NCBI GenBank assembly: GCA_003482855.1
Contig: DMXO01000005.1
Span: 227,719-291,718 of the forward strand
Reading direction: 5' to 3'
Source: Candidatus Magasanikiibacteriota bacterium
GTDB taxonomy: Bacteria; Patescibacteriota; Patescibacteriia; Magasanikbacterales; UBA922
DNA length: 64,000 bases
Part shown: positions 40,812-51,400 of the stretch, piece by piece
Numbering within the stretch: position 1 is the stretch's first letter
Layout: each line of letters opens with the position of its first letter
Notes under the pieces: model-generated
The model's input: the letters and a program-made list of their open reading frames with translations, nothing else
Told to the model about the DNA's origin: nothing
Database searches by the model: none
Made by a program: the position numbers and the translations under genes

Positions 40812-42218
40812 ATGAGTGAAGTAATAAATGAAAAAAAACAATGGAGACATATCTTGCAGGAAGCAATAACTTTTTCTTGGCTGGCATGGAGTGCATTATT
40901 TGCTTTTATCGCAGTAGAGTTGTCTGATGGCAATAAACTGATAGCTGGTGGATTGATTCTTGCTGCTGCGGTGCTTGCCATGAATGGTCTTGCACGCACA
41001 GATTTTTGGCTTACAGCACACGGCCCTGTATGGTGGAGAGAACATAAGTATCTACGTGTTTTTCATCACATTACCAATGAAGGTGAGTTAGCAGGTATAT
41101 TTATTGGTGTGATTGCCCTCGTATTGTTATATGCAAGTGGGCAGGCAGAACATATTCATTTTCCTTATAGAGAAGCTTTCACGTTACTTGGTATTATGTC
41201 TACTGCAAATCTTGCGGTCAGACATATGATACCTGTCATGGGATTACTTGAGAAGATTGGTGGATCACGACTGGTAATTATTGGGGGTTCGCTTCTTGCA
41301 TCACTTACTGGAGAGCCTGCAGCAAGTGTATTTTTGGCTGAGTATCTCAAAAAACGTGTATCTGGAGAAAATAAATCTAAATTAGCAACTGGTCTTGCTG
41401 CAACAATTGGCTCTGGTGGGGGATTAATGCCGTTTGCTGCGCCTCCAATCCTTATCGTTTGGGGCGTCCTATCAAGTAAATTTGGTTGGGGCATTCCACA
41501 ACTTATTGGTTTTGCAGGCATTGGTTGTGTAGCTCATGTTATATTTTCTACATTGCGCTTTTATAAATTGATTGAAAAAGAAAATCATCCACCACAAAAA
41601 TTTGAATCAAAAGGAATTTTTTATCTGTCTTTACTTGCCATCATTGTATTGTGGCATATTTTTTATCCAGGAATGTTGTTATGGATAGTTGATGCAATTA
41701 TAGGTGTCATCTCTTGGATTACCGCATACAAAAAGTATAAAAATTGCGGTGAAGAAGATAGAGAAGAGGCCTTCACGGCAAAATGGCAGCCGGTTATTCT
41801 TGCGATATTGCTTGTAGCTTTGGAGATCATTGGACATGTGGCTGATCCACTTATTGAATTTATCGCTCATCAAATACCAACAGCATGGCCTCCACTCGTA
41901 ATTGCTATAGCCTTATTTTTTATGACAGCATGGGTGTCTCATGTTGCGGATAATGCACTTGCTAGTCGCGTATTTATCATGATACCTGTTGCCCTCATAC
42001 CTGTGCTTGGTCCAGAGGTTGCCGCTATGGTGGCGGCGAGTGTAGTTATGGGTGCATTATTTGGTGGTTTCATTATGATTCCTGCAAATTTACCAAATTT
42101 TTATCTTGCTCGTGCTTTTAAAGTTTCACCAGGTGCATGGATACGAGTTTCATGGAAATTATATATCACGGTATTGGCCTATATAGGATGGATTGTTGTA
42201 AAGTTTTTTATAGTCTAG
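40812..42218 (+). CDS. Ion-transporter (IT) superfamily protein, putative Na+/H+ antiporter
   Basis: About 12 TM; 'SLTGEPAA', 'GGGLMPFAAPPIL', 'DNA', 'IPANLPN'. Confidence 0.7.
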   Translation: MSEVINEKKQWRHILQEAITFSWLAWSALFAFIAVELSDGNKLIAGGLILAAAVLAMNGLARTDFWLTAHGPVWWREHKYLRVFHHITNEGELAGIFIGVIALVLLYASGQAEHIHFPYREAFTLLGIMSTANLAVRHMIPVMGLLEKIGGSRLVIIGGSLLASLTGEPAASVFLAEYLKKRVSGENKSKLATGLAATIGSGGGLMPFAAPPILIVWGVLSSKFGWGIPQLIGFAGIGCVAHVIFSTLRFYKLIEKENHPPQKFESKGIFYLSLLAIIVLWHIFYPGMLLWIVDAIIGVISWITAYKKYKNCGEEDREEAFTAKWQPVILAILLVALEIIGHVADPLIEFIAHQIPTAWPPLVIAIALFFMTAWVSHVADNALASRVFIMIPVALIPVLGPEVAAMVAASVVMGALFGGFIMIPANLPNFYLARAFKVSPGAWIRVSWKLYITVLAYIGWIVVKFFIV

Positions 42219-42288
42219 TTATATTGTTTTACTCATCAAAATCTAGTATAATAAAGCCGTCTGTACCAAGTCGGTTTTATTATTTCAT

Positions 42289-42915
42289 ATGCATACACGT
42301 TATATTGTTCGTTCCATTGCTCATTACCGAATGAATGTCGTAGTAAAAATTCTCATTATATCTGATTTTATCGGTTTTTTAGCAATCGAGCTATGTACGC
42401 CAATCTTTGCGTTGTTTGTGGTAGATGCCATTCCTAATACAGATATTACGGTAGTTGGTATATCAGCTTCCCTGTTTTTGCTTTCAAAATCAATCTTTGA
42501 AGTTCCTATTGGTATGTTTATTGATAAGACACGTTCAGAAAAAGACGATTTATTTTTTGCATGTCTTGGAGTGCTATTGATTGGGATTGGTTATCTATGC
42601 TATATATTTATTCATTCAATCTCACAACTATATATACTTCAGATATTTTTAGGCTTTGCAAGTGCCATCTCATACCCTGGATGGTGCACCATTTTTACAC
42701 ATCATTTGGATAAAGGGAAGGAAGGATTTGAATGGAGTATGTATGACGTGTTAACAGGTCTTGGTATGGCTGCAGCGGCTGCTCTTGGTGGTTTAATTGC
42801 AAGTGTATTTGGCTTTTCATTTTTATTTATAATCATTTTTATATTGTCTGTGTTGAGTGCGTTATTGTTACTTACCATATCAAAACAAATTTTTTTATAT
42901 AAAAATAAACAATAA
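42289..42915 (+). CDS. Half-size (6-TM) MFS-like transporter
   Basis: Six TM helices; motif-A-like 'PIGMFIDK'; start uncertain. Confidence 0.7.
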   Translation: MHTRYIVRSIAHYRMNVVVKILIISDFIGFLAIELCTPIFALFVVDAIPNTDITVVGISASLFLLSKSIFEVPIGMFIDKTRSEKDDLFFACLGVLLIGIGYLCYIFIHSISQLYILQIFLGFASAISYPGWCTIFTHHLDKGKEGFEWSMYDVLTGLGMAAAAALGGLIASVFGFSFLFIIIFILSVLSALLLLTISKQIFLYKNKQ

Positions 42916-42951
42916 AACGATACATACCGCATTTGAATTTTAGTTTTTCGT

Positions 42952-43374
42952 ATGCCTCTCTCATGTTCGTCAGCCCTTATCTGTTGTATGGATTTCCGCC
43001 TAACCTCTGCTTTGCATGCATGGATGGAAAAAGAGGGGATTATGGATGACTGTGATGTTATCTCCGTTGCTGGAATTAGCAAAGCTATAGCTGAAGACAA
43101 AGAATCTAATGATGCTAAGTTTATATTGAAACAGATAGAACTATCATCAAAATTACATGACATTAAAACACTATATTTAATCCATCACACAGACTGTGGT
43201 GCATATGGCGGTCATAACGCATTTCAAAGTATTGATACCGAGAAACAAACATATATACATGATATGGAAAAGGTCAAGAAAGTTATTCATGAGAGCTTTT
43301 CTGGGCTAAAAATTAGATGTATTCTTGCTGAAATGCATTCACCAGAAAATATACAGTTTGTATCACTTAATTAG
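42952..43374 (+). CDS. Beta-class-like carbonic anhydrase
   Basis: CMDFR and HTDCG zinc-ligand motifs. Confidence 0.85.
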   Translation: MPLSCSSALICCMDFRLTSALHAWMEKEGIMDDCDVISVAGISKAIAEDKESNDAKFILKQIELSSKLHDIKTLYLIHHTDCGAYGGHNAFQSIDTEKQTYIHDMEKVKKVIHESFSGLKIRCILAEMHSPENIQFVSLN

Positions 43375-43401
43375 TTTTAATTATTTAAATCACCAATCTC
43401 T

Positions 43402-43866
43402 ATGGGGCCAGAAATTATTAGTTATATCGCTCTAGGATTTATTATTGTCATAGGTTTTTTTATCGTACGCGCTGCTTTCAAATTACATGAAAAAAATTAT
43501 CCATTGGAAGATGGAGAAAAAAAATTGTACGAAGAGTCGGATGTAAGATTCGAAACACATCTCAACGGAGAAACAACTATACGTAAAGTTCGCGTACGTA
43601 TCACTGATAGGCGTCTATTTATCTTTTCTCATGGCGAATATTTATACGCTGTGATATATGTTGATGGTCGAGCTGCAGACAAGACAAGAGATCATCTAAA
43701 AGGGGTGGAACATATTCCACGCACTTCCTTCAAAGTGGAGCATCATGAGAAGCGTAATGTCGATGTTTTGGTCGTCGAACATGCAAATATTATTGGTTTA
43801 CCTATGCGCTATACTTTTTTTATGGCAGGGGTTCAAGATGCTGCTAAAGCTCTGGGTATAGTGTAA
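43402..43866 (+). CDS. Membrane-anchored hypothetical protein (PH-like)
   Basis: N-terminal TM; 'LEDGEK...ITDRRLFI'. Confidence 0.6.
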   Translation: MGPEIISYIALGFIIVIGFFIVRAAFKLHEKNYPLEDGEKKLYEESDVRFETHLNGETTIRKVRVRITDRRLFIFSHGEYLYAVIYVDGRAADKTRDHLKGVEHIPRTSFKVEHHEKRNVDVLVVEHANIIGLPMRYTFFMAGVQDAAKALGIV

Positions 43867-43930
43867 CATTTCTTTATATTATGCGTCTTCTATATGAGAA
43901 GCCCGCTCACTGCGGGTTTAGGTGTTTTTT

Positions 43931-45679
43931 ATGAAATATAATACAAAATTGACATTCAAAATATTTTGGCAACATGCAAGCCGTTATAAATTGGCTATGT
44001 TTGTACTGAGTACAACCATTATTATGGCTGGCAGTCTTGCTATTATTGAGCCTCTTTTTTACAAGAAATTTTTTGATGTACTTGTTGCTGGAGGATCTCG
44101 TGAAGTGCTTGTTTCGTTGTTGGGGACTATTTTGACTTTATATCTTATTGAGTGGGCATTGTGGCGAATTGCTGGTTTTATAAATAGTTATTTTCAGACA
44201 CGCGTAATGGGTGATTTATCTATTACTTGTTTTAACTATTTACACAAACATTCTTTTAGTTTTTTCAATAATAATTTTGTTGGCTCACTGGTTAAACGAG
44301 TAAACCGTTTTTACCACGCCTTTGAAGGTGTTGCTGATGCCTGTACATGGGATTTATTGCCAATTATTGTTGATGTCATTCTAGTTATTATTGTATTGTC
44401 TACGCGCAGTCCTTTTTTGGGTGTGGGATTGGGTATATGGGTTACAATTTTTTGCCTTGTCAATTATGCATTTAGCAGATACAAACTTAAGTATGATGTA
44501 GAGCGTAGTGAAATGGATAGCAAAGTTACGGGGATATTGGCAGATACGATTACCAATCATTCAAATGTTAAGTTATTTGTTGGATACGATAGAGAGAAAA
44601 AATATTTTGAGAGAATGACACGTATACTCAACAAGATGAGGAAATTTACATGGGATATATCGAGTGTTTTTGAAGCTTTTCAAATGCTACTCATGATATG
44701 TTTGGAAATAGGTATATTTTATTTTGCTATTTCTCTATGGGAAAAAGGTGTTTTGACAGTTGGTGATTTTGTGCTCATCCAAGCTTATTTGTTACGTGTG
44801 TTTATGAAATTGTGGGACGTAGGCCGCATCATTAGACGTTTTTATGAACATCTGGCCGACGCAGAAGAAATGACTGAAATACTTGATCAACCCCATGATA
44901 TTTTAGATGTAAAAAATGCAAAAAGGCTTGTAGTCTCAAATGGACAAATTGAGTACAGAAATGTAAATTTTTATTACCACAAGACTAGAAAAATTATTGA
45001 CCATTTCAACTTGACTATACATCCGCAAGAAAAGATAGCTTTTGTTGGACCATCAGGAGCTGGTAAATCTACTATTGTTAAATTATTGCTACGGCAACAC
45101 GATATCACTGATGGTACAATAGAAATAGATAACCAACGAATTTCTCATATTACTCAAGAAAGTCTCTGGGAAAATATCAGTCTTGTACCTCAAGATCCTA
45201 TACTTTTCCATAGGACGCTTATGGAAAATATTCGTTATGGCAGACCAGACGCGACGGATGGAGAAGTGAAAGATGCTGCAAAAAAAGCGCATTGTCATGA
45301 ATTTATTAATGAATTTCCAGAAAAATATGATACATATGTCGGTGAGCGTGGTGTTAAGTTGTCTGGTGGAGAACGCCAAAGAGTCGCTATCGCCCGTGCA
45401 ATCTTGCGCAATGCCCCAATTCTTGTGTTAGATGAAGCAACGAGTAGTCTTGATTCTGGGTCAGAAAAAATGATCCAGGATGGTCTTGATGTACTTATGA
45501 AAGGAAAGACAGTCATCGTAGTCGCGCATAGATTGTCTACCATCATGCGTATGGATCGTATTGTGGTCATAGATCATGGCAAAGTAATGGAAGAGGGAAC
45601 ACATGTAGAACTTCTGAAAAAGAAGAAAGGCCTTTATAGCAAGCTGTGGAAATTGCAGGCTGGTGGTTTTATAGAGTAA
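43931..45679 (+). CDS. ABC exporter, fused permease/ATPase
   Basis: TMD plus GPSGAGKS, LSGGERQR, LDEATS. Confidence 0.95.
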   Translation: MKYNTKLTFKIFWQHASRYKLAMFVLSTTIIMAGSLAIIEPLFYKKFFDVLVAGGSREVLVSLLGTILTLYLIEWALWRIAGFINSYFQTRVMGDLSITCFNYLHKHSFSFFNNNFVGSLVKRVNRFYHAFEGVADACTWDLLPIIVDVILVIIVLSTRSPFLGVGLGIWVTIFCLVNYAFSRYKLKYDVERSEMDSKVTGILADTITNHSNVKLFVGYDREKKYFERMTRILNKMRKFTWDISSVFEAFQMLLMICLEIGIFYFAISLWEKGVLTVGDFVLIQAYLLRVFMKLWDVGRIIRRFYEHLADAEEMTEILDQPHDILDVKNAKRLVVSNGQIEYRNVNFYYHKTRKIIDHFNLTIHPQEKIAFVGPSGAGKSTIVKLLLRQHDITDGTIEIDNQRISHITQESLWENISLVPQDPILFHRTLMENIRYGRPDATDGEVKDAAKKAHCHEFINEFPEKYDTYVGERGVKLSGGERQRVAIARAILRNAPILVLDEATSSLDSGSEKMIQDGLDVLMKGKTVIVVAHRLSTIMRMDRIVVIDHGKVMEEGTHVELLKKKKGLYSKLWKLQAGGFIE

Positions 45680-45721
45680 GTGATATACTTATCTCATATC
45701 ATACATCTAACATAAACTTAT

Positions 45722-45865
45722 ATGGAATGTGAAAAATGTGGGGTAGAACTTACTGATGAAAATCACTGTTGTAGCGGTGGCACATGTTGCAAAGAGTGTT
45801 CACCAAATTGTAAAAGTGACGACTGTGGTCCTGAATGCCAGGAGTGTGGTTGTGGAGAAGAATAA
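45722..45865 (+). CDS. Metallothionein-like Cys-rich peptide (47 aa; absent from ORF track)
   Basis: MECEKCGVELTDENHCCSGGTCCKECSPNCKSDDCGPECQECGCGEE; 12 Cys; upstream TGATATACT and a downstream terminator. Confidence 0.8.
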   Translation: MECEKCGVELTDENHCCSGGTCCKECSPNCKSDDCGPECQECGCGEE

Positions 45866-45869
45866 TTTT

Positions 45870-45900
45870 ATCACCCCATTTTTGGGGTGATTTTATTTTA
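45870..45900 (+). terminator. Intrinsic terminator after the Cys-rich peptide
   Basis: ATCACCCCA-TTTT-TGGGGTGAT followed by T-rich tail. Confidence 0.75.
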
Positions 45901-45914
45901 AATATTTAGTATAT

Positions 45915-46640
45915 ATGCGTTCATATTATTCAGTATTATTTTTTGGAGCTGTTCTTTTGTTTATGGGACAAAGTTGTACAGAAACATCTCAACCAACACA
46001 GACACCGGAAATAAATCCTAATGACCAAACATTAAACGTCGTATCTTCATTCGAAGAATGTATAAAAGCTGGTTACCCGGTAATGGAGAGTTCTCCGCGT
46101 CAATGCAAAACCCCCGAGGGGAAAAATTTTATTGAGGATATTATCCTAACACCTGTTGGACAAGAGGTTGTAAATACTGCACCCGAAGATACAATAGAAA
46201 CACCATCTGTAAAGAAGCCAGTAGCTCCTGTGGTAAAGCCAACTACTGTAGTTTTACCAGACGCCATATATTATGACGAAGAAGGTTTTCCATTAAATCC
46301 AGTGGAAATGCAAGAATTTACCAATTCAGCTGGCGTTCTTTTTTACTATGTTGAAGGTGAGTGGTTGCCGGAAGAATATGTATATCCTTATCGTGATGGT
46401 GATATTGATACTATTCCTTCACCCGATTATAATGATTCTGATATTCAAGAAGATTATACTGCAGACAGCCCATCACGTAGGTTACCCGATGTTCCCATTA
46501 TAATAGAAGAAGATGTTTATGTAGACCCAAATGCATGTTCATTTGAAGGGGATAGTTATACGTCTGGAGAAAATACATACTACTGCGTTGATGGTATTTG
46601 GACACACGAGGATTATGTTTATCCATATCAAAATTTATAA
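45915..46640 (+). CDS. Acidic surface lipoprotein
   Basis: Lipobox-like MGQSC; 'SFEECIKAGYPVMESSPRQC' module; internal repeat Y.V.G.W..E.YVYPY twice. Confidence 0.78.
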   Translation: MRSYYSVLFFGAVLLFMGQSCTETSQPTQTPEINPNDQTLNVVSSFEECIKAGYPVMESSPRQCKTPEGKNFIEDIILTPVGQEVVNTAPEDTIETPSVKKPVAPVVKPTTVVLPDAIYYDEEGFPLNPVEMQEFTNSAGVLFYYVEGEWLPEEYVYPYRDGDIDTIPSPDYNDSDIQEDYTADSPSRRLPDVPIIIEEDVYVDPNACSFEGDSYTSGENTYYCVDGIWTHEDYVYPYQNL

Positions 46641-46663
46641 AAATTAGTCTTTAATTTATATAT

Positions 46664-47614
46664 ATGCGTCTACGATACATGTATGTGTGGGGTATCTCTC
46701 TTTTGGGAGGATTATTAATGCTTGGTGCCGCATGCAGCCCAACAGCACCTGTTGAGGAACAAAATGCCAAACCTGAAACAGGCGGTGGCCAAGCTTGTAG
46801 CTACTATGTAAACGGAGTACAACAAAACTGGCGTTGTGAAAACGATCAGTGGTGTGGAACACAGTCTGGTGATTGTAGAGATGTACCATTTTGTAATGCA
46901 AATACTGATTGTACTACAAATCAAGTTTGTGTAAATGGGTATTGTGGACCTTCACAACAAACTAATCAGCAGGGCTCACCTTGCAGTTCAAATGAGCAGT
47001 GTATTTCAGGTAAATTATGTTCAAATGGTGTCTGCGTTCCTGCAGAACAAGTACTTCCATCTGATCCAAACACTGGCGAATTGCTTTGTAACTCAGATGC
47101 ACAGTGTTGGAATGGAAAAGTGTGTGTGGATAGCCATTGTGTAGTACCCACAACTCCCACAAGTGGGATAGGGTCTTCTTGTACTTCAGATGGTCAGTGT
47201 GGTACAGGAGTTGCTTGTTTTCAAGGGCGTTGTACCTCAGTTCCATCAAGTTGTAATTATCATCCTGAGTGTTTGAGCGATAATTTTGTGTGTTCAAATC
47301 ATACCTGCGTATGGCCTGGTCAAAGTGGACATACATGTAGTAACACAGATGGAGATAGATGGCATTGTCTGAATGCCCAGGCATGTGGAGGAGCATTAAA
47401 TGAATGTTTAACGCCAGGCTCGCCAACTCCCATTACTGAAATAAACTGTGCAAATGATAGCGACTGTGGAACGGGGAATAAATGTAATGGTTTCACTTGT
47501 TATACGCCACTTTACAATCCTTCTTCATGTACAACAGATGCACAGTGTGTAGAAAAGATGTCATTTTGCCAAAATAATGTATGTATCTTTGCCCCGGGAG
47601 GTAATGCGGATTGA
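46664..47614 (+). CDS. Cys-rich repeat lipoprotein
   Basis: Lipobox LGAAC; about 7-8 C-x5-C-x5-C-x4-C modules. Confidence 0.82.
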   Translation: MRLRYMYVWGISLLGGLLMLGAACSPTAPVEEQNAKPETGGGQACSYYVNGVQQNWRCENDQWCGTQSGDCRDVPFCNANTDCTTNQVCVNGYCGPSQQTNQQGSPCSSNEQCISGKLCSNGVCVPAEQVLPSDPNTGELLCNSDAQCWNGKVCVDSHCVVPTTPTSGIGSSCTSDGQCGTGVACFQGRCTSVPSSCNYHPECLSDNFVCSNHTCVWPGQSGHTCSNTDGDRWHCLNAQACGGALNECLTPGSPTPITEINCANDSDCGTGNKCNGFTCYTPLYNPSSCTTDAQCVEKMSFCQNNVCIFAPGGNAD

Positions 47615-47648
47615 TACATATAGTATTTACAAATATAATTCGAATAAC

Positions 47649-47684
47649 AACAAAAAAGGGCTGTACTACTGCCCTTTTTTTGTT
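47649..47684. terminator. Bidirectional terminator
   Basis: AACAAAAAAGGGC-loop-GCCCTTTTTTTGTT. Confidence 0.75.
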
Positions 47685-47811
47685 TAACATTGACAAGATA
47701 ATTTATATAATGCATACTATATTTGTATTAATTAATAACAGTATACATATGATCTGTCCTAGAAATTTAGGAGGCGGTGGCTGTGGTTGTTAATCAGTCT
47801 TGTACCGTGCG

Positions 47812-47845
47812 ACAAAACCTCACAAAAAATTATGTGAGGTTTTGT
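47812..47845. terminator. Intrinsic terminator-like hairpin
   Basis: ACAAAACCTCACA-8 nt-TGTGAGGTTTTGT. Confidence 0.7.
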
Positions 47846-47881
47846 TTGCCTATAGTTTTCAAAATTGATACAATTAAATTA

Positions 47882-48427
47882 ATGGATTCAATTATGCACC
47901 CATATATACCTATAGTACTTGGAACTGCTCGAAAAGGGCGGCAATCTGAGCATGTGGCACAATATATATACAACACACTCAAAAACAATAAAGAGGCTAT
48001 TTTTGAGCTTGTGGATGTGCGTAATTACCTTGTCGAATCTCGAACTATACCTCCGTGGGAAAACAGTAACATAGCCAAACCATGGCGAGACATTGTAGCA
48101 AAATCTTCAGCTTTTATTTTTGTTGTGCCTGAATATAATAGAGGTTATCCAGGAGAATTCAAGATGTTGCTCGATCAGGAGTTTAAAGGATATAACAAGA
48201 AACCTGCACTGATAGTAAGCGTTTCATCCGGTGGCTTCGGTGGTGTACGAATGGCTGAACATTTAATTCCCACATTACGATATATGGGGTTTCATCTTTT
48301 ATCTCAAGATATACAAGTACCAAAGGTAGAAGAGTTTGTGAAAATGAGTATGGAAGAAAAAGATCAAACACTGAAAGAGAAGATAGAGAAAATGGTAGAT
48401 GCCCTTATAGAAAAAAAGAATGACTAA
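47882..48427 (+). CDS. NAD(P)H-dependent FMN reductase
   Basis: 'GTARKGRQS', 'PEYNRGYPG.FK..LD', 'S.GGFGG.R'; start ATG 47882 or 47894. Confidence 0.9.
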   Translation: MDSIMHPYIPIVLGTARKGRQSEHVAQYIYNTLKNNKEAIFELVDVRNYLVESRTIPPWENSNIAKPWRDIVAKSSAFIFVVPEYNRGYPGEFKMLLDQEFKGYNKKPALIVSVSSGGFGGVRMAEHLIPTLRYMGFHLLSQDIQVPKVEEFVKMSMEEKDQTLKEKIEKMVDALIEKKND

Positions 48428-51400
48428 CTATAATCTCAACGTATCCCAGAAGCAGGCTATCGAATATACCGACGGCCCGCTTTTGATTATTGCTGGGGCT
48501 GGTACAGGCAAGACAACAGTTATTACTCAAAAAATAGCTTATTTAATAGAACAAAAGTTTGCCACGCCTGAGCAAATTTTGGCATTAACGTTTACTGACA
48601 AGGCGGCTGGAGAAATGCAAGGACGTGTAGATGAAATGATGGATATAGGTTATGTAGATTTACAGATTTCTACATTTCATGCATTTTGTCAAAGGCTCCT
48701 TGAGGAATACGGTTTGGAAATTGGATTACCAAATAAATTCAAATTACTAACGCTGACAGATGCATGGCTTCTTATGCGAGAGCATGTTTACGATTTTAAT
48801 TTGGATTATTATAGACCACTCGGCAATCCAAATAAACACATCCATACTCTCCTTGACCATTTTTCAAAATGTAAAGACGAGCTTGTTTCTCCAAAAAGTT
48901 ATATAGAATACGCAGAAGGTTTGGCAATGGATAGTGATAGCGCGCAAATTTTGGAAAAAAATAAAACAGTCGAACTCGCGCATGCGTATCATCAGTATAA
49001 CCAGCTATTACTCGATAAAGAATCTCTTGATTTTGGGGATATTATCTTTTACTGTGTGAAACTCTTACAAGAACGCCCAAATATATTGAAACTCTTACAA
49101 GAACGTTTTAAATATATTCTCATAGATGAATTTCAGGATGTCAATTGGGCACAATATCAACTTATAAGATTATTAGCCAATAAAAATTCACAATTGACAG
49201 TGGTGGGGGATGATGATCAGAGTATTTATGCATTTCGTGGAAGTAATGTGTCTATTATCATGCGATTTAAGGAAGATTATCCAGATGCAAAAGAGATTGT
49301 ATTGACGGAAAATTATCGTTCAAAGCAAGAAATTCTTGATTTTGCATATGCATCCATTCAAAATAATAATCCAGACCGTCTAGAGCAAAAATTGGGTGTA
49401 AATAAGAAACTTCTGAGTGGAGTTCAAGTAGAAAAAATAAAGAGTCAAAAAAATGTCGAGCATCTACATTTTCAGACACTTGATGATGAAGTGGTTGGTG
49501 TAATCAAAAAAATTAGTGAAATCAAAGAACAATCCAGGTTAGTATCTTGGGATGACTTTGCAATCTTAGTTCGGGCAAATAGCCATGTAGAGCCATTTGC
49601 CAATGCGCTCGAATCTCATAATATCCCATATGAATATCTTGCTTCGTCAGGGCTATATCGCCAGCCGATTGTGCTTGATGCTATCGGCTTTCTTAATAGT
49701 ATTGAACATATTCATGACGATAGAGCCATATACCGGCTCTTACGCATGCCATTCTTACAAATGAAAGAGGATGACTTACAAAAATTGACTGCCATGGCGA
49801 AGAAAAAAAGTATAGCATATTATGAGGCACTGAAGCGGTCAAGAGAATTTTATCTTTCGATGGAAGGTACAAATGTGTGTGAAAAACTTATCAGTCTCTT
49901 TCATGAGGGGATGAGACATTCACGATTCGAAAAACCAACAAGCGTACTGTATCAATTTTTGGAAAATAGTGGGTATCTTTCATATCTCACTCATGAAGAA
50001 GGACGGGGAAATAAAGAAATTATTAGACAAATCCATCATCTTAAACAGCTTTTTGATCTTATACGAAATTATGAAGAAGTAATGCCTGGTGCCCATGTAG
50101 CAGGATTTGTAGAGCACTATAACTATATTATAGAATCCGGCGACGGTGGTAAGATGTACCAGCCGACAGATACTCCTAATTCAGTAAATATCTTGACAGT
50201 TCATGCGGCAAAGGGTCTGGAATTTAAATATGTGTTTGTTGTTAATTTGGTAGAAGAAAGATTTCCAAGTAGAAATAGAGGTGGCGATATAGAATTACCT
50301 GATGAATTAGTAAAAGAATTATCAAATGGGGGTCACAATTTCCATTATCAAGAAGAACGCAGACTATTTTATGTGGCAATTACACGTGCAAAAGAAAAAT
50401 TATTTTTGACAAGTGCCGATGATTATGGCGGCTCACGAAAAAAGAAGATCTCACGATTTTTAGACGAGGTTGGATTTGAAACTAACAAACAACGAACAAC
50501 GAACAACGAACAACGGAGCGGACTTCTTAACAAAAAAATATCCTACATTTCTGCCTTGCCGGCAGGCAGACAATATCCAATATCTTCCAAGACAAGGAAT
50601 CAAAGTAACGAATTACCAAAAATTATTCAAGATACCTTCTCCTACTCTCAGATCAATTCGTATGAACGTTGTCCCTATCAGTATAAATTAGCGCATGTAC
50701 TTAAAATTCCAATGAAAGGTAGTGCAAGCTTTAGTTTTGGCAACACGATACACAATACATTGCAAACATTTTATGAACGTATCCAAGAGCTTAATAGAGC
50801 AAAACAGAGCAGTCTGTTTGGTTTGCCTGTAGAAGCACCGCGTATTAAAGGTGATGGAATACAGGTACCAACATTGGAAGAGTTGCTCGATGATTACGAG
50901 AAGGCGTGGATTCCCGATTGGTACAAAAGCAAACAACAGCGAGAGAGTTATTACCAAAAAGGTAAAGAAATTTTGAAAGTATTTTATGCCTCAGAGCAAA
51001 ACTCCTGGTCAATACCAGTAAGCCTTGAAGGTTGGTTCAAAATAAAAGTAGGGGAGTACCTTGTCAATGGACGTATTGATCGTATAGACAAACAATTAGA
51101 CGGCAGTTTAGAAATTATTGACTACAAAACAGGGTCAGCGAAGGAAACTCTCACAAGTGAAGATAAACAGCAACTTATCATATATCAGATTGCTGCCCAA
51201 TCATTATCAGAGTATAACCACATAGGACCTGTAGGTAAACTTACATTTTATTATGTCAATGACAACATAAAAACTTCATTTTTGGGAGAAAACAAGGATA
51301 TAGAAAAATTAAAAGGAAAATTAATTAATGTTATTACTCAAATTCAAGGGGGCGACTTCGCTGCTACGCCAGGTAAACATGTGTGCGCGTACTGTGATTT

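Noticed and set aside
46336-46630. Diversity-generating retroelement template/variable repeat pair in the lipoprotein
   Set aside because: The similarity is a short protein-level repeat without adenine-specific mismatches, and no reverse transcriptase is present.
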